From: an uncultured Bacilli bacterium
GTDB lineage: Bacteria > Bacillota_I > Bacilli_A > RF39 > UBA660
Assembly (NCBI GenBank): GCA_947624565.1
Contig: CANQKX010000002.1
Span: 2,059-66,058 of the forward strand
Length of the DNA stretch: 64,000 bases
Reading direction: 5' to 3'
Every line of letters starts with the position of its first letter. Positions within the stretch are counted from its first letter, which is position 1. Below are positions 31,377-41,187 of this stretch, in pieces. The translations under genes and the position numbers were made by a program. The notes below the pieces were generated by a model. That model made no database searches, was not told where the DNA came from, and saw only the letters and a list, made by a program, of their open reading frames with translations.

Positions 31377-31622
31377 ATGAGAGAATTAAAAATTAATGGA
31401 ATTTATAAGCACTTTAAAGGAGATTATTATTTAGTTGTCGATATTGCTAATCATTCTGAAACTAAAGAAAAATATGTTGTATATAGACGCTTATACGGAG
31501 ATGGAAGCTTATGGATAAGACAAATGGAGATGTTTTTAAGTGAAGTAGATCATGAGAAATATCCTAATGTGAAGCAGAAATATAGATTTGAATTACAAGA
31601 TATAAAAAGTGTAGTAAAATAA
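31377..31622 (+). CDS. DUF1653-family protein
   Basis: [44 protein letters not shown] matches the DUF1653 pattern. RBS aggagg. Confidence 0.5.
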   Translation: MRELKINGIYKHFKGDYYLVVDIANHSETKEKYVVYRRLYGDGSLWIRQMEMFLSEVDHEKYPNVKQKYRFELQDIKSVVK

Positions 31623-31951
31623 TTGATAGTTTGATTATCAAAATTTAATATATATGTTAATACAAGTAAAATTATAGGAGAAAAAATGAAAAAAGTAATA
31701 GAAATTAAGAATTTAACAAAAAAATATAAAAATTTAAATCAATAGAAATATTAAATTTTCAAACAATAAAACCTATTATAACAAATATGTTAGTAATGTT
31801 AGGATTTTCAATAATGTTTATTATATTAACTAATATAGTATCAAAAAGAAAACAAAAAATAGAATAAGATTTAAATAACTTATTCTTTTTTATTGTTTTT
31901 ATTTATGTAAAATGGTATAATTAAATGTATAAGAATACGGAGGGAATAAAA

Positions 31952-32203
31952 GTGGATAGAAAAGTGTTAATTACAAATTCACTAGGTCAACAAATGCAGG
32001 CTGATGTAGTAACTGCATTTACTCTAAAAGAAAATAATAATAGTTATATTGTTTATACATTTAATGAAAAAGACGGTAATAATGTAAAAATATATACTTC
32101 AAGAATAAGAATAGAAAATGGAGAGATATATTTTGATGCAATTACAGATCAAGAAGAGTGGAACAAGGTAAGAAATGCAATAATTGAGCAGGCAAGAGAT
32201 TAA
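31952..32203 (+). CDS. DUF1292-like small protein
   Basis: About 85-aa acidic protein. Start placed at a GTG after a ggaggg RBS (the ORF is listed from 31925). Confidence 0.35.
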   Translation: MDRKVLITNSLGQQMQADVVTAFTLKENNNSYIVYTFNEKDGNNVKIYTSRIRIENGEIYFDAITDQEEWNKVRNAIIEQARD

Positions 32204-32213
32204 GGAGGATATT

Positions 32214-32471
32214 ATGACAGTAAGAAAATTTAAAAATCCTAATTGTAGTGAACAACCTAAAAAAGAATTAAAAAATAGTAATGATAATATTGTTGGACTA
32301 GATTCAATATTGAATAATCAAAAAGATTCTAGTTATACATTTATTGAATCTCCTTTGAAAGGAGTATATACTGGATCAGCAGCATTCAGTTTAGATGAAA
32401 ATGTAATTTCAGATATTTCTGCAAAATATAATTCAAATGTTTATTCAAGTGAAAAAAGAAATATAATTTAG
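32214..32471 (+). CDS. small hypothetical protein
   Basis: aaggagg RBS before the ATG at 32214. Confidence 0.35.
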   Translation: MTVRKFKNPNCSEQPKKELKNSNDNIVGLDSILNNQKDSSYTFIESPLKGVYTGSAAFSLDENVISDISAKYNSNVYSSEKRNII

Positions 32472-32502
32472 TACAAGTTAAATATATATAAGAGGTGTAA
32501 AT

Positions 32503-32994
32503 ATGAAAAATAAAAAACTAAAAAAAATATTAAAAAATAAAAAAATTGTTATTTGTATTATTATTTTATTAGTTATAATATGTCTTTTATTAATTAAAGG
32601 TATATTTTTCTCATCATCAGGATCTAATTATGGAGATAGATTGAATGGTATAGAAAAAATAAGCTTTACTAAAAAAGATCAAGAAAAAATAATAAAATTT
32701 ATAAATGAAAATGAAAAAACTAAATCTGCTAAAATGAATATACATGGAAAAATAATAAATATATTGTATGATGTTAATAAAGATGTTTCAATAGATGATG
32801 CTAAAAATATTGCTTCATCATCATTAGAAAAAATATCTAATGAGGTAAAAGGATTTTATGATATTCAATTTATAATTACAAAAGAAGAAGAAGAAGCAAA
32901 AGAAGTTCAAAATGAAAATGGAGAAACAACTACTCAAAAAGAGTTTCCGATAATGGGATACAAAAATTCTAGTAAAGATAGTATAGTTTGGTAA
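32503..32994 (+). CDS. membrane-anchored hypothetical protein
   Basis: N-terminal TM helix; aggtg RBS. Confidence 0.4.
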   Translation: MKNKKLKKILKNKKIVICIIILLVIICLLLIKGIFFSSSGSNYGDRLNGIEKISFTKKDQEKIIKFINENEKTKSAKMNIHGKIINILYDVNKDVSIDDAKNIASSSLEKISNEVKGFYDIQFIITKEEEEAKEVQNENGETTTQKEFPIMGYKNSSKDSIVW

Positions 32995-33003
32995 GGTGAA
33001 ATA

Positions 33004-35067
33004 ATGAAAAAAAAGAGTAAAAAAACAATAAATATGAAAAAAATATTGATGATTGTATTACCAGTTGTAATAGTATCAATAATTATATTTATAGGAGTAT
33101 ATGTTAAAAATAAAAATGATGAAAATGGTGTTTTTTCAATACTTGAAAAAAGATGGATTGAAAAAAATAAATCTACAGTAGTTGATGTTTCAATAATAAA
33201 TGATTTGCCATTATTTGGAACAGAGGGCGATGGAGTGTTTTTTGATTTTTTAGATGATTTTTCTAAAGAAACATCACTTCAATTTAATATGATTCCATAT
33301 AATATGAATAAGTCAACTAATGAAAATGGATATGTTTTTCAAATTAATAATAAATCACAGATAGACGAAAATGAATTATTGTTTTATACTGATAACTATG
33401 TAATGATTAGTAAAGATAGTGAAAAAGTAAAAGACTATGTAAAATTAGATAATGTAATTATAGGTGTGCTAGAAAAAGATTTAAGTATTACAAAAGAATA
33501 TTTAAAAAATAACAATGAAATTATATATAATACATATAATAATATTAGTTCAATTGTATCTGCATTAAATTCAAATGATATAAAATATGCAATTATACCT
33601 AAAAATATATATCTTAATGAAATATTAAGTAATAATTATTATGTTGTGTACAACATATCTGATATATACACTAATTATGTATTAAAAGTAAATGGTAATG
33701 AAAAAATATTAAATAATATATTTGTTAAATTTTATACAAGATGGATGAAAGAAAAATATGATCAATCATATAACACTAGATTATTTAGTCTTTATTTAGA
33801 TAAGAAAGAATTCAATGAAATTGCAAAAGCAGATTTTTCTAGTAAAGATTATGTATATGGATATGTTAAAAATATACCTTATGAAACTGAAATTAATCAA
33901 GATTTTATAGGTTATAATAGTGAAATATTAGATGATTTTGCAAGCAAAATGGGTATAACTTTTAAAATAAAAGAGTACAATTCTATAAAAGATTTAACAA
34001 ATGCATTAAATGATGGTAAAGTAGATATTGCATTTAATTACTATAAATTTGATAATTTAACTAATAGAGTAGATTATACTTTTTCTCCATATGAAGAAAA
34101 AATAGTTGTATTAACTAATATAAATAATACTAATACAACAATGAATTCATTTGTATCTTTAAAAGGAAAAGAAGTATACATGTTAGATAATAAAATAGCA
34201 AATTATATTTCAGATAATACAAGTTTGAATGTAAAAACATTTAAAAAAATAACAAATTTATTTAATTCTATGAATGAAGATTCAATAATAGTATTAGATT
34301 ATAATACATATAATCATTACAGAAATAATGAATTGAATGAATTTAAAGTTATTTATGAAGAAAATTTAGATATTGATTTTAATTTTATAATGTTAAATTC
34401 AAATAAAAATACAACTTTTGTAAGTTTATTTAAATATTATATTTCTACTATAAATACAGATTTATATAAATCAAGGGCAATATTAAAATTTAATAATGAT
34501 AGTAAAAAAATTGATTTATCATATGCATATCTTTTAGTAGGGGTATTAATATTAACAGTATTTAGTATAGTTTATTTTAAAAATAGAAATATATCTAATA
34601 AAATTAAAAAAGAAGACAAAATGAGATATATAGATCATTTAACATCTTTAAAAAATCGTCATTATTTAAACCAAAATTATTTAAAATGGCAATCTAATAA
34701 AATATATCCTCAAGCAATAATTGTAATTAATATTAATAAGATTGGTCATATTAATGATGTTTATGGTCATGAAGAGGGGGACATGGTTATTAAAAAAGCA
34801 GCAAATATACTTATTAATAATCAATTAGAACAAAGTGATATAGTAAGAACTAATGGTGATGAATTTTTAATATATATGGTTGGATATGAGGAAGCTAAAG
34901 TAATTACATATATGAGAAGACTATATAAAGAATTTAAAAATTTACCATATAAATTTGGTGCATCATTTGGTTATAGCATGATATTAGATGATGTAAAAAC
35001 TATTGATGATGCGATTAATGAAGCAGTTTTAGAAATAAAAACAAATAAAGAATCTCTTGAAAAATAA
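33004..35067 (+). CDS. membrane sensor protein with a large extracytoplasmic domain and a C-terminal GGDEF domain carrying a degenerate signature (NGDEF)
   Basis: N-terminal TM, a region of about 470 aa outside the membrane, a second TM, then a GGDEF domain (HLTSLKNRHYL...GHEEGDMVIK...RTNGDEFLIY). Confidence 0.65.
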   Translation: MKKKSKKTINMKKILMIVLPVVIVSIIIFIGVYVKNKNDENGVFSILEKRWIEKNKSTVVDVSIINDLPLFGTEGDGVFFDFLDDFSKETSLQFNMIPYNMNKSTNENGYVFQINNKSQIDENELLFYTDNYVMISKDSEKVKDYVKLDNVIIGVLEKDLSITKEYLKNNNEIIYNTYNNISSIVSALNSNDIKYAIIPKNIYLNEILSNNYYVVYNISDIYTNYVLKVNGNEKILNNIFVKFYTRWMKEKYDQSYNTRLFSLYLDKKEFNEIAKADFSSKDYVYGYVKNIPYETEINQDFIGYNSEILDDFASKMGITFKIKEYNSIKDLTNALNDGKVDIAFNYYKFDNLTNRVDYTFSPYEEKIVVLTNINNTNTTMNSFVSLKGKEVYMLDNKIANYISDNTSLNVKTFKKITNLFNSMNEDSIIVLDYNTYNHYRNNELNEFKVIYEENLDIDFNFIMLNSNKNTTFVSLFKYYISTINTDLYKSRAILKFNNDSKKIDLSYAYLLVGVLILTVFSIVYFKNRNISNKIKKEDKMRYIDHLTSLKNRHYLNQNYLKWQSNKIYPQAIIVININKIGHINDVYGHEEGDMVIKKAANILINNQLEQSDIVRTNGDEFLIYMVGYEEAKVITYMRRLYKEFKNLPYKFGASFGYSMILDDVKTIDDAINEAVLEIKTNKESLEK

Positions 35068-35079
35068 CAAGGTGAGATA

Positions 35080-35910
35080 ATGAAGAAAACTAAAGATAAA
35101 TTAAAAGTAAAAATAAAAAATATAATTGATTTATCAAGAAAGCCAGTTATGTCAGTTTTACCTGGACAATTGTCTTTCTTTTTGCTGTTATCTTTAATAC
35201 CAGTTATGTTAATTATAGGAGTTATAACTTCATTTTTATCAATGTCGTCAAATTCAATAATTGATTTTTTTAAAAATGGTTTTCCAGCAGGAACAGGGGA
35301 TTTTTTAATTCCACTAATAAATGGAAATGGCAGAGGTTTTGATTATACAATTATATTTCTAATAGTATCAGCCTTATTACTTGTTTCAAAAGGAACTAGA
35401 TCTCTAATGAGAGTAGCATCTATAATTTATAACGTAAAAGATAATAATACAATAAAAGAAATAATAAAATCATTTATCTTAGCAATAATACTTACACTTC
35501 TAATTTCATTTATAATAATAATACCAGTGCTTGGTGGAAGATTATTATCAATATTACATAATTTTAAATTAATTTCTAATTTAACAGATCAGATAATATT
35601 AATTTATAATATATTAAAATGGCCAATATCAATATTTATTATTTTTATAAATTTAAAACTAATTTATATTATTTCACCAAATAAGAAAATATCCCCAAAA
35701 TCAGTAAATACTGGTGCTTTATTCACAACAATTTTATGGACAATATCAACTTATATATATTCGTTTTATATAACTCACTTTTCAAATTATAATTTATTTT
35801 ATGGTAGTGCATCAAATATTATAATTTTAATGCTGTGGATATATATAATTAGTTATATTTTTGTACTTGGTATGAGTATAAATGCAAATTCTACAGATTC
35901 TACATATTAA
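35080..35910 (+). CDS. YihY/BrkB family membrane protein
   Basis: Six TM segments with a YihY-like N-terminus (LSFFLLLSLIPV). Confidence 0.55.
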   Translation: MKKTKDKLKVKIKNIIDLSRKPVMSVLPGQLSFFLLLSLIPVMLIIGVITSFLSMSSNSIIDFFKNGFPAGTGDFLIPLINGNGRGFDYTIIFLIVSALLLVSKGTRSLMRVASIIYNVKDNNTIKEIIKSFILAIILTLLISFIIIIPVLGGRLLSILHNFKLISNLTDQIILIYNILKWPISIFIIFINLKLIYIISPNKKISPKSVNTGALFTTILWTISTYIYSFYITHFSNYNLFYGSASNIIILMLWIYIISYIFVLGMSINANSTDSTY

Positions 35911-35988
35911 TTTTACATATAAGATAAAAAACTATATTAAAATAATAAAAAAAATGATATAATTTATTTGTTATGGAGGTAATAAATT

Positions 35989-38019
35989 GTGAAAGAAAAA
36001 ATAAAAAAATACATAAATAAAGCAAAAGAATTTGATTATAAAGAATATGCAAAAACAAATAAGTTATTTATTACATTTGTAATAACATCTTTAATAAATG
36101 GGATGTTACTTAGATTTTTAACTGTACATAATTATTTTGCGATTAAACCTATACTTGCTGATTTAGCTTTAATATTAATTTTTGCATCTTTTGTTTATTT
36201 ATTTAAACCTAGAAATAGATTTAAATATTTGCTTATTATATCAGTTTTATTTACAGCAATATGTGTAATTAATTCTTTATATTACACATATTATATGTCA
36301 TTTGCATCATTTTCATTAATTGCGGTTTCATTAACCGTTGTTGATGTTGGAGATGCAGTTGTAAAAAATGTATTACAAATAAAAGACTTTATATTTTTAT
36401 GGCAGCCAATTGCACTAATAATCGTCCATAGTATGTTAAAGAAAAAAGATCATTATAATCTGGTTGCTAAAAAAGAAAATAAGAAGAAAAGATTTACAGG
36501 TACATTAATATCTGGTTTAGTGGTTTATGCATTGTTTTTTGCGACAGTTACATCTACAGAATATAGTAGGTTAAGTAAACAATGGAATAGAGAATTTTTA
36601 GTTACAAAATTTGGTGTATATACATACCAATTAAATGATTTATTTAAGAGTTTAGATGCTAAATTTAATACTTTATTTGGTTATGATAATGCTGCTAAAG
36701 ATTTTAGAGAATTTTATTCAGAAAAAAAACCATCTCAGGAAAATGAATATACAGGAATATTTAAAGATAAGAATGTTATAGTTATTCATGCAGAAAGCAT
36801 ACAAAATGTAGCACTTAATACATCATTTAATGGTAATGAGGTTACACCTAATCTTAATAGATTGAAAAATGAAGGAATGTACTTTAGCAATTATTATGCT
36901 CAAGCCAGCAGTGGTACAAGCAGTGATTCTGAGTTTACATTTTCTACATCTCTTTTACCAGTAACAAATGGTGCAGTTGCAATAAGTTATTGGAATAGAG
37001 AATATGAAACATTACAAAAATTGCTTAAAAATGCAGGATATAGAACTATTAGTATGCATGCAAATACAGGAAGTTTTTGGAATAGAATAAATTTTCATAA
37101 TAGTTTAGGTTATGATAAATTTTATAGTAAAGTAGATTATGAAATAGATGAAGAAATTGGATTAGGATTATCTGACAAGTCATTCTTTAGACAATCAGTT
37201 CAAAAATTAAAAAAAGAATATGAAGAAAATGGTAAATTTTATGCAACTTTAATAATGCTTTCTAATCATACTCCATTTGATGATTTAGATAAATATGGAG
37301 AATTTGATACAGACATTAAAGAAGAAGTAAAAACTATAAATGAAAATGGTGAAGAAGTAATACAAGAAGTATCTTATCCATATATGGAGGGAACGAAACT
37401 AGGCAATTATTTTAAATCTGTACATTATGCTGATAGTGCTCTTGGAGATTTAGTTAATGATTTAGATGCAAATGGTCTACTTGATAATACAGTGCTTGTA
37501 ATATATGGGGATCATGATGCAAAATTAGCAAAAAGCGAGTATGTAAGAATGTATAATTATGATAAACAGACAGATGATGTATTAGATAAAGACGATGAGA
37601 ATTATGTTAATATAGATTATTATTGGTATGAATTAAATAGATCAGTTCCATTTATTATTTGGACTAAAGATAAACAATATTCTAAAAAAATAGATACAGC
37701 TATGGGAATGTATGATGCAATGCCAACTCTTGCTAATATGTTAGGAGTAAAACCTACATATAATATTGGTAATGATATAATGAATTTAAAAGATAATATA
37801 GTTGTTTTTCCAAATGGTAACTGGCTTACTAATAACATATATTATAATAGTCAAAAAGATCAATATAAGATACTAAATACAGATTATATAGTAGATAAAG
37901 AGGAAATTTCAAAAAATAATGATTATACTTCAAAAAGACTTGATATATCAAATGATATAATTTTATATGATCTTATAAAAAATGAAAATGATAGATTACA
38001 AAGAGTAGAGGGAAATTAA
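35989..38019 (+). CDS. LtaS-family (lipoteichoic acid synthase-like) sulfatase-domain membrane protein
   Basis: Five N-terminal TM helices followed by an extracellular alkaline-phosphatase-superfamily domain (HAESIQNV...SSGTSSDSEF...GDHD). GTG start with a ggaggt RBS. Confidence 0.7.
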   Translation: MKEKIKKYINKAKEFDYKEYAKTNKLFITFVITSLINGMLLRFLTVHNYFAIKPILADLALILIFASFVYLFKPRNRFKYLLIISVLFTAICVINSLYYTYYMSFASFSLIAVSLTVVDVGDAVVKNVLQIKDFIFLWQPIALIIVHSMLKKKDHYNLVAKKENKKKRFTGTLISGLVVYALFFATVTSTEYSRLSKQWNREFLVTKFGVYTYQLNDLFKSLDAKFNTLFGYDNAAKDFREFYSEKKPSQENEYTGIFKDKNVIVIHAESIQNVALNTSFNGNEVTPNLNRLKNEGMYFSNYYAQASSGTSSDSEFTFSTSLLPVTNGAVAISYWNREYETLQKLLKNAGYRTISMHANTGSFWNRINFHNSLGYDKFYSKVDYEIDEEIGLGLSDKSFFRQSVQKLKKEYEENGKFYATLIMLSNHTPFDDLDKYGEFDTDIKEEVKTINENGEEVIQEVSYPYMEGTKLGNYFKSVHYADSALGDLVNDLDANGLLDNTVLVIYGDHDAKLAKSEYVRMYNYDKQTDDVLDKDDENYVNIDYYWYELNRSVPFIIWTKDKQYSKKIDTAMGMYDAMPTLANMLGVKPTYNIGNDIMNLKDNIVVFPNGNWLTNNIYYNSQKDQYKILNTDYIVDKEEISKNNDYTSKRLDISNDIILYDLIKNENDRLQRVEGN

Positions 38020-38020
38020 T

Positions 38021-38671
38021 ATGAAAAAAAAGAATAGTAATAATAAAAAAAGAAAATTAATATTATTTATAGTTATTGTATTAATTGCATTGGGGTTAAT
38101 ATTTATTGCATTAAATGTTACAAAAAAAGATGATGATAAAGGTGGAAAAAAAGTAGTAGATGAAATAAAAAAATTTGATTATACAGTTTCAAAAACAGAT
38201 ACAAAGTTATTTAAAGATACATTTAAAGAGTTAAAAACTGAATTAACTAAAAAAGAAGTTGATAGAAAAAAATATGCAGAACTTGTTGGTAAGTTATTTA
38301 TAATTGATTTTTATACCTTATCAAATAAATCTAATGTAAATGATGTAGGGGCAGTTCAATTTGTATATTCAAGTTTTAAAGCAGATTTTGTTGATTATGC
38401 AAGAAAAGGTATATACAAACAAGTACAAAGTAATTTAGATAACAATAGAAATCAAAGTTTACCTGAAGTATCATCAGTTACGATTGAAAGTATAGAAGAG
38501 GTAGTTCCATCTTCAATTATTGAACATGAAAATTTTAAAAATGTTACTGAAGCAAATTCGTATGAAATAAATATAAATTGGACATATAAAGATAATAACG
38601 ATTTTCAAACATCTGCAACTATGTTAGTAGTACCTGATGGAGATAAATTATCAGTTGCTAAGTTAGAATAG
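38021..38671 (+). CDS. membrane-anchored hypothetical protein coupled to the LtaS-like gene
   Basis: The ATG lies 2 nt after the upstream stop (taatatg); N-terminal TM. Confidence 0.45.
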   Translation: MKKKNSNNKKRKLILFIVIVLIALGLIFIALNVTKKDDDKGGKKVVDEIKKFDYTVSKTDTKLFKDTFKELKTELTKKEVDRKKYAELVGKLFIIDFYTLSNKSNVNDVGAVQFVYSSFKADFVDYARKGIYKQVQSNLDNNRNQSLPEVSSVTIESIEEVVPSSIIEHENFKNVTEANSYEININWTYKDNNDFQTSATMLVVPDGDKLSVAKLE

Positions 38672-38677
38672 TAGAAT

Positions 38678-38708
38678 TCACGTTTATTAATTAATAAACG
38701 TGATTTTT
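38678..38708. terminator. perfect palindrome hairpin plus T-run (terminator for 38021..38671)
   Basis: tcacgtttattaa/ttaataaacgtga followed by TTTTT. Confidence 0.55.
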
Positions 38709-38730
38709 ATATACATAAATTTATGTATAT

Positions 38731-38760
38731 AAAAAGAACTAGGAAAACCTAGTTCTTTTT
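38731..38760. terminator. bidirectional terminator, A-run/hairpin/T-run, serving the convergent LCP gene
   Basis: aaaa-agaactagg-aaaa-cctagttct-ttttt. Confidence 0.55.
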
Positions 38761-38764
38761 GTTG

Positions 38765-40894
38765 CTATTCATTAGGAAGTATATCATCTAATACATTATC
38801 ATCTTTATTATCATTATTATTACTATCTTCAGTATATTCAGTAGTACATGTTTGTTCAGAATATTTTGTAGGATTTTTATCACCATTTTTATCGTAGTAA
38901 TAATAATAATTTCCTTCTTTGACGCATTTAGGATATTCATTATTATTATCATCTTCGTTGTTATCAGAATCCTCGTCGTTTTTATTATCGTCTTTTTTAC
39001 TATCATTATTTTTGTCATTATCGTCTTTTTGTACATTAGCCACTGTAACAACTAACGCTTCAGTCATATCATCAATATTATAATTAGAAGGTAATGATTG
39101 GGATATAACTTGATCTTGAGTATATCCAGATGTACTAGATACATTTTCTTCTTTAAAGGTTACATTAATACCTCTTGATATACAATAACTACTTACATAA
39201 TCTCTAGTTTTTCCAGTAAAGTCTGGTAGTAAAGTAACAGATGCACCTGCAGTTTCATTTTTACCTATAATTTCTTCTTCGAAAGGAATATCAATTGAGA
39301 AACTAAATGATTTATCGTATTTTTCTTCACTTAATCCTAAATTTATTTTCATTGCTTTTATAATTGCATTTAATGATGATTTTGATGGAACAAAGTTATA
39401 AAGAACTAATCCAGAACGTTTGTCATAAATCATCGCAGAAGATCCGTTTAAATATGTTTTTTGTATATTTATAATATTATTTTTATCACTCAATGAACTT
39501 GAATTTAATAATATTTTCTTAAATACATTATAGAAATCTAATATTTGGTTTCTTGTAAGATTTGTATCTAAACTTATACTTATTGTATCTAAAACTTCAT
39601 ATAACTTATTTATACTTTTTATTTCTTTGGCTTTATTTATAATTGCATTTACAACTAGTTGTTGATTTTGACCTCTTACAAAATCATTTCTAGTTCCTTG
39701 ATTCCAATATGTTCCACACCAGCTAATAGTTTTTCTATTTCTTGATAATGCAAGTGCTTGTCGTCCATCTAAATGTTGCCATCCTTTATCAACATAAATT
39801 GTATCTATGAAATTTCTATTTTCACTACTTTCACAAAAAGCATATGGAACATCAACATCTATTCCACCAAGAGTATCTACAAGTTTTATTAATCCTTTGA
39901 AATTTATTTTTGCATAATAGTCAATATCTATTCCTGTAAAATTTTCAACAGTAGTAATCATACATGAATCTCCACCAGAAGCAGCATGTGTTATCTTATT
40001 TTTATAATTTCCAAAACATGATATTGGTACATAAGTATCTCTTGGAATGCTAAATACAGTTGCATTTAATGTAGTAGGGTTAAATGTTATTAACATTATT
40101 GTATCACCAAGTCCACTTGTTTTAGAAATGTCTTCTGTCTCAGAATCTACTCCTAGTAATAATATAGTAAATGGTTCAGTAACACTTTTAGAACTACTTT
40201 TAGTTGAGGAATCAACTTGTTTTTTCATTAATTTAGAATAACTATCAAGTTCTATTACATCATCTTTTATATTTGTGAATTTTTCCATTGATGAAAATTT
40301 ATCAACATAACTACCAGATACGAAAGCTCCATCTACTTTTTCATCATATAAATCGCTAAGCATCGATACATAATCATCATACTCAATCAAGTTTTCATTA
40401 TTAATTTTGTTATTTTTAATTATTTGCTGTGCTAATACATAACCTTCTGTATCATTCTTATCACTAATAATAGCAATTTGTCCTTCTTTAACTTTTTTTA
40501 TGGTATCATAATTACCACTTTTTAATGCTATTAGTGAAGAAGTATATGTAATTTTATTTTTATTCATCTTATCAATTACATTTACACCTTTACCTATTAC
40601 AGAGCTTATTAGAAATTCTACAGCGCCAAATATTATTAATAAAAGCATAAATAGTAAATATTTACTAACTTTTTTTCCTTTTTTAAACCTTATATACTTC
40701 AGTATTATATATATACATAATATAGCAAGAACACCCATTAATATATATCTAATTAGATTTTCAATACCACTTAATTTAGATATATTATATATAAGATATA
40801 TAGTAGTACAAGTAAACATACCAACTAATATACCTAATAATAGATTTAAAAATTTATTACTTTTTACACCTTTTTCTTTTTTATTCTTTTTCAT
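38765..40894 (-). CDS. LytR-CpsA-Psr (LCP) family cell-envelope phosphotransferase with an acidic low-complexity C-terminal tail
   Basis: N-terminal TM segments and an LCP core (TILLLGVDS...ITHAASGG...). The C-terminal approximately 100 aa are D/N/K-rich and include a poly-Tyr stretch (EGNYYYYYDKNGD). Confidence 0.7.
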   Translation of the reverse strand: MKKNKKEKGVKSNKFLNLLLGILVGMFTCTTIYLIYNISKLSGIENLIRYILMGVLAILCIYIILKYIRFKKGKKVSKYLLFMLLLIIFGAVEFLISSVIGKGVNVIDKMNKNKITYTSSLIALKSGNYDTIKKVKEGQIAIISDKNDTEGYVLAQQIIKNNKINNENLIEYDDYVSMLSDLYDEKVDGAFVSGSYVDKFSSMEKFTNIKDDVIELDSYSKLMKKQVDSSTKSSSKSVTEPFTILLLGVDSETEDISKTSGLGDTIMLITFNPTTLNATVFSIPRDTYVPISCFGNYKNKITHAASGGDSCMITTVENFTGIDIDYYAKINFKGLIKLVDTLGGIDVDVPYAFCESSENRNFIDTIYVDKGWQHLDGRQALALSRNRKTISWCGTYWNQGTRNDFVRGQNQQLVVNAIINKAKEIKSINKLYEVLDTISISLDTNLTRNQILDFYNVFKKILLNSSSLSDKNNIINIQKTYLNGSSAMIYDKRSGLVLYNFVPSKSSLNAIIKAMKINLGLSEEKYDKSFSFSIDIPFEEEIIGKNETAGASVTLLPDFTGKTRDYVSSYCISRGINVTFKEENVSSTSGYTQDQVISQSLPSNYNIDDMTEALVVTVANVQKDDNDKNNDSKKDDNKNDEDSDNNEDDNNNEYPKCVKEGNYYYYYDKNGDKNPTKYSEQTCTTEYTEDSNNNDNKDDNVLDDILPNE

Positions 40895-41187
40895 TTTAAT
40901 CCTCCTAATGTTACAAAAATATTATAAACCTATATAGTACTAATTACAATTTAAAAAAATATTTCAATGTAAATAAATAGTTAATAAAAGTTTATAACAT
41001 TTATTAGTTTTCTATTTATTTTATAATTTCAACTATACTAATTAATTATACCATATATTGATAAATAATTGTATAAAAAAATTCTTAACATTGATTTGAC
41101 AAAATAAAACATTTTTTTTAATATTGTATTTAATGATATAAGTTATTTTGATATAATTGTTATATGAAAATATAAGGAGGAAAAAAT

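Noticed and set aside
38788-39055. Short ORFs on both strands inside the LCP gene's 3' region
   Set aside because: They fall inside repetitive, low-complexity DNA encoding the D/N/K-rich tail and are composition artefacts.
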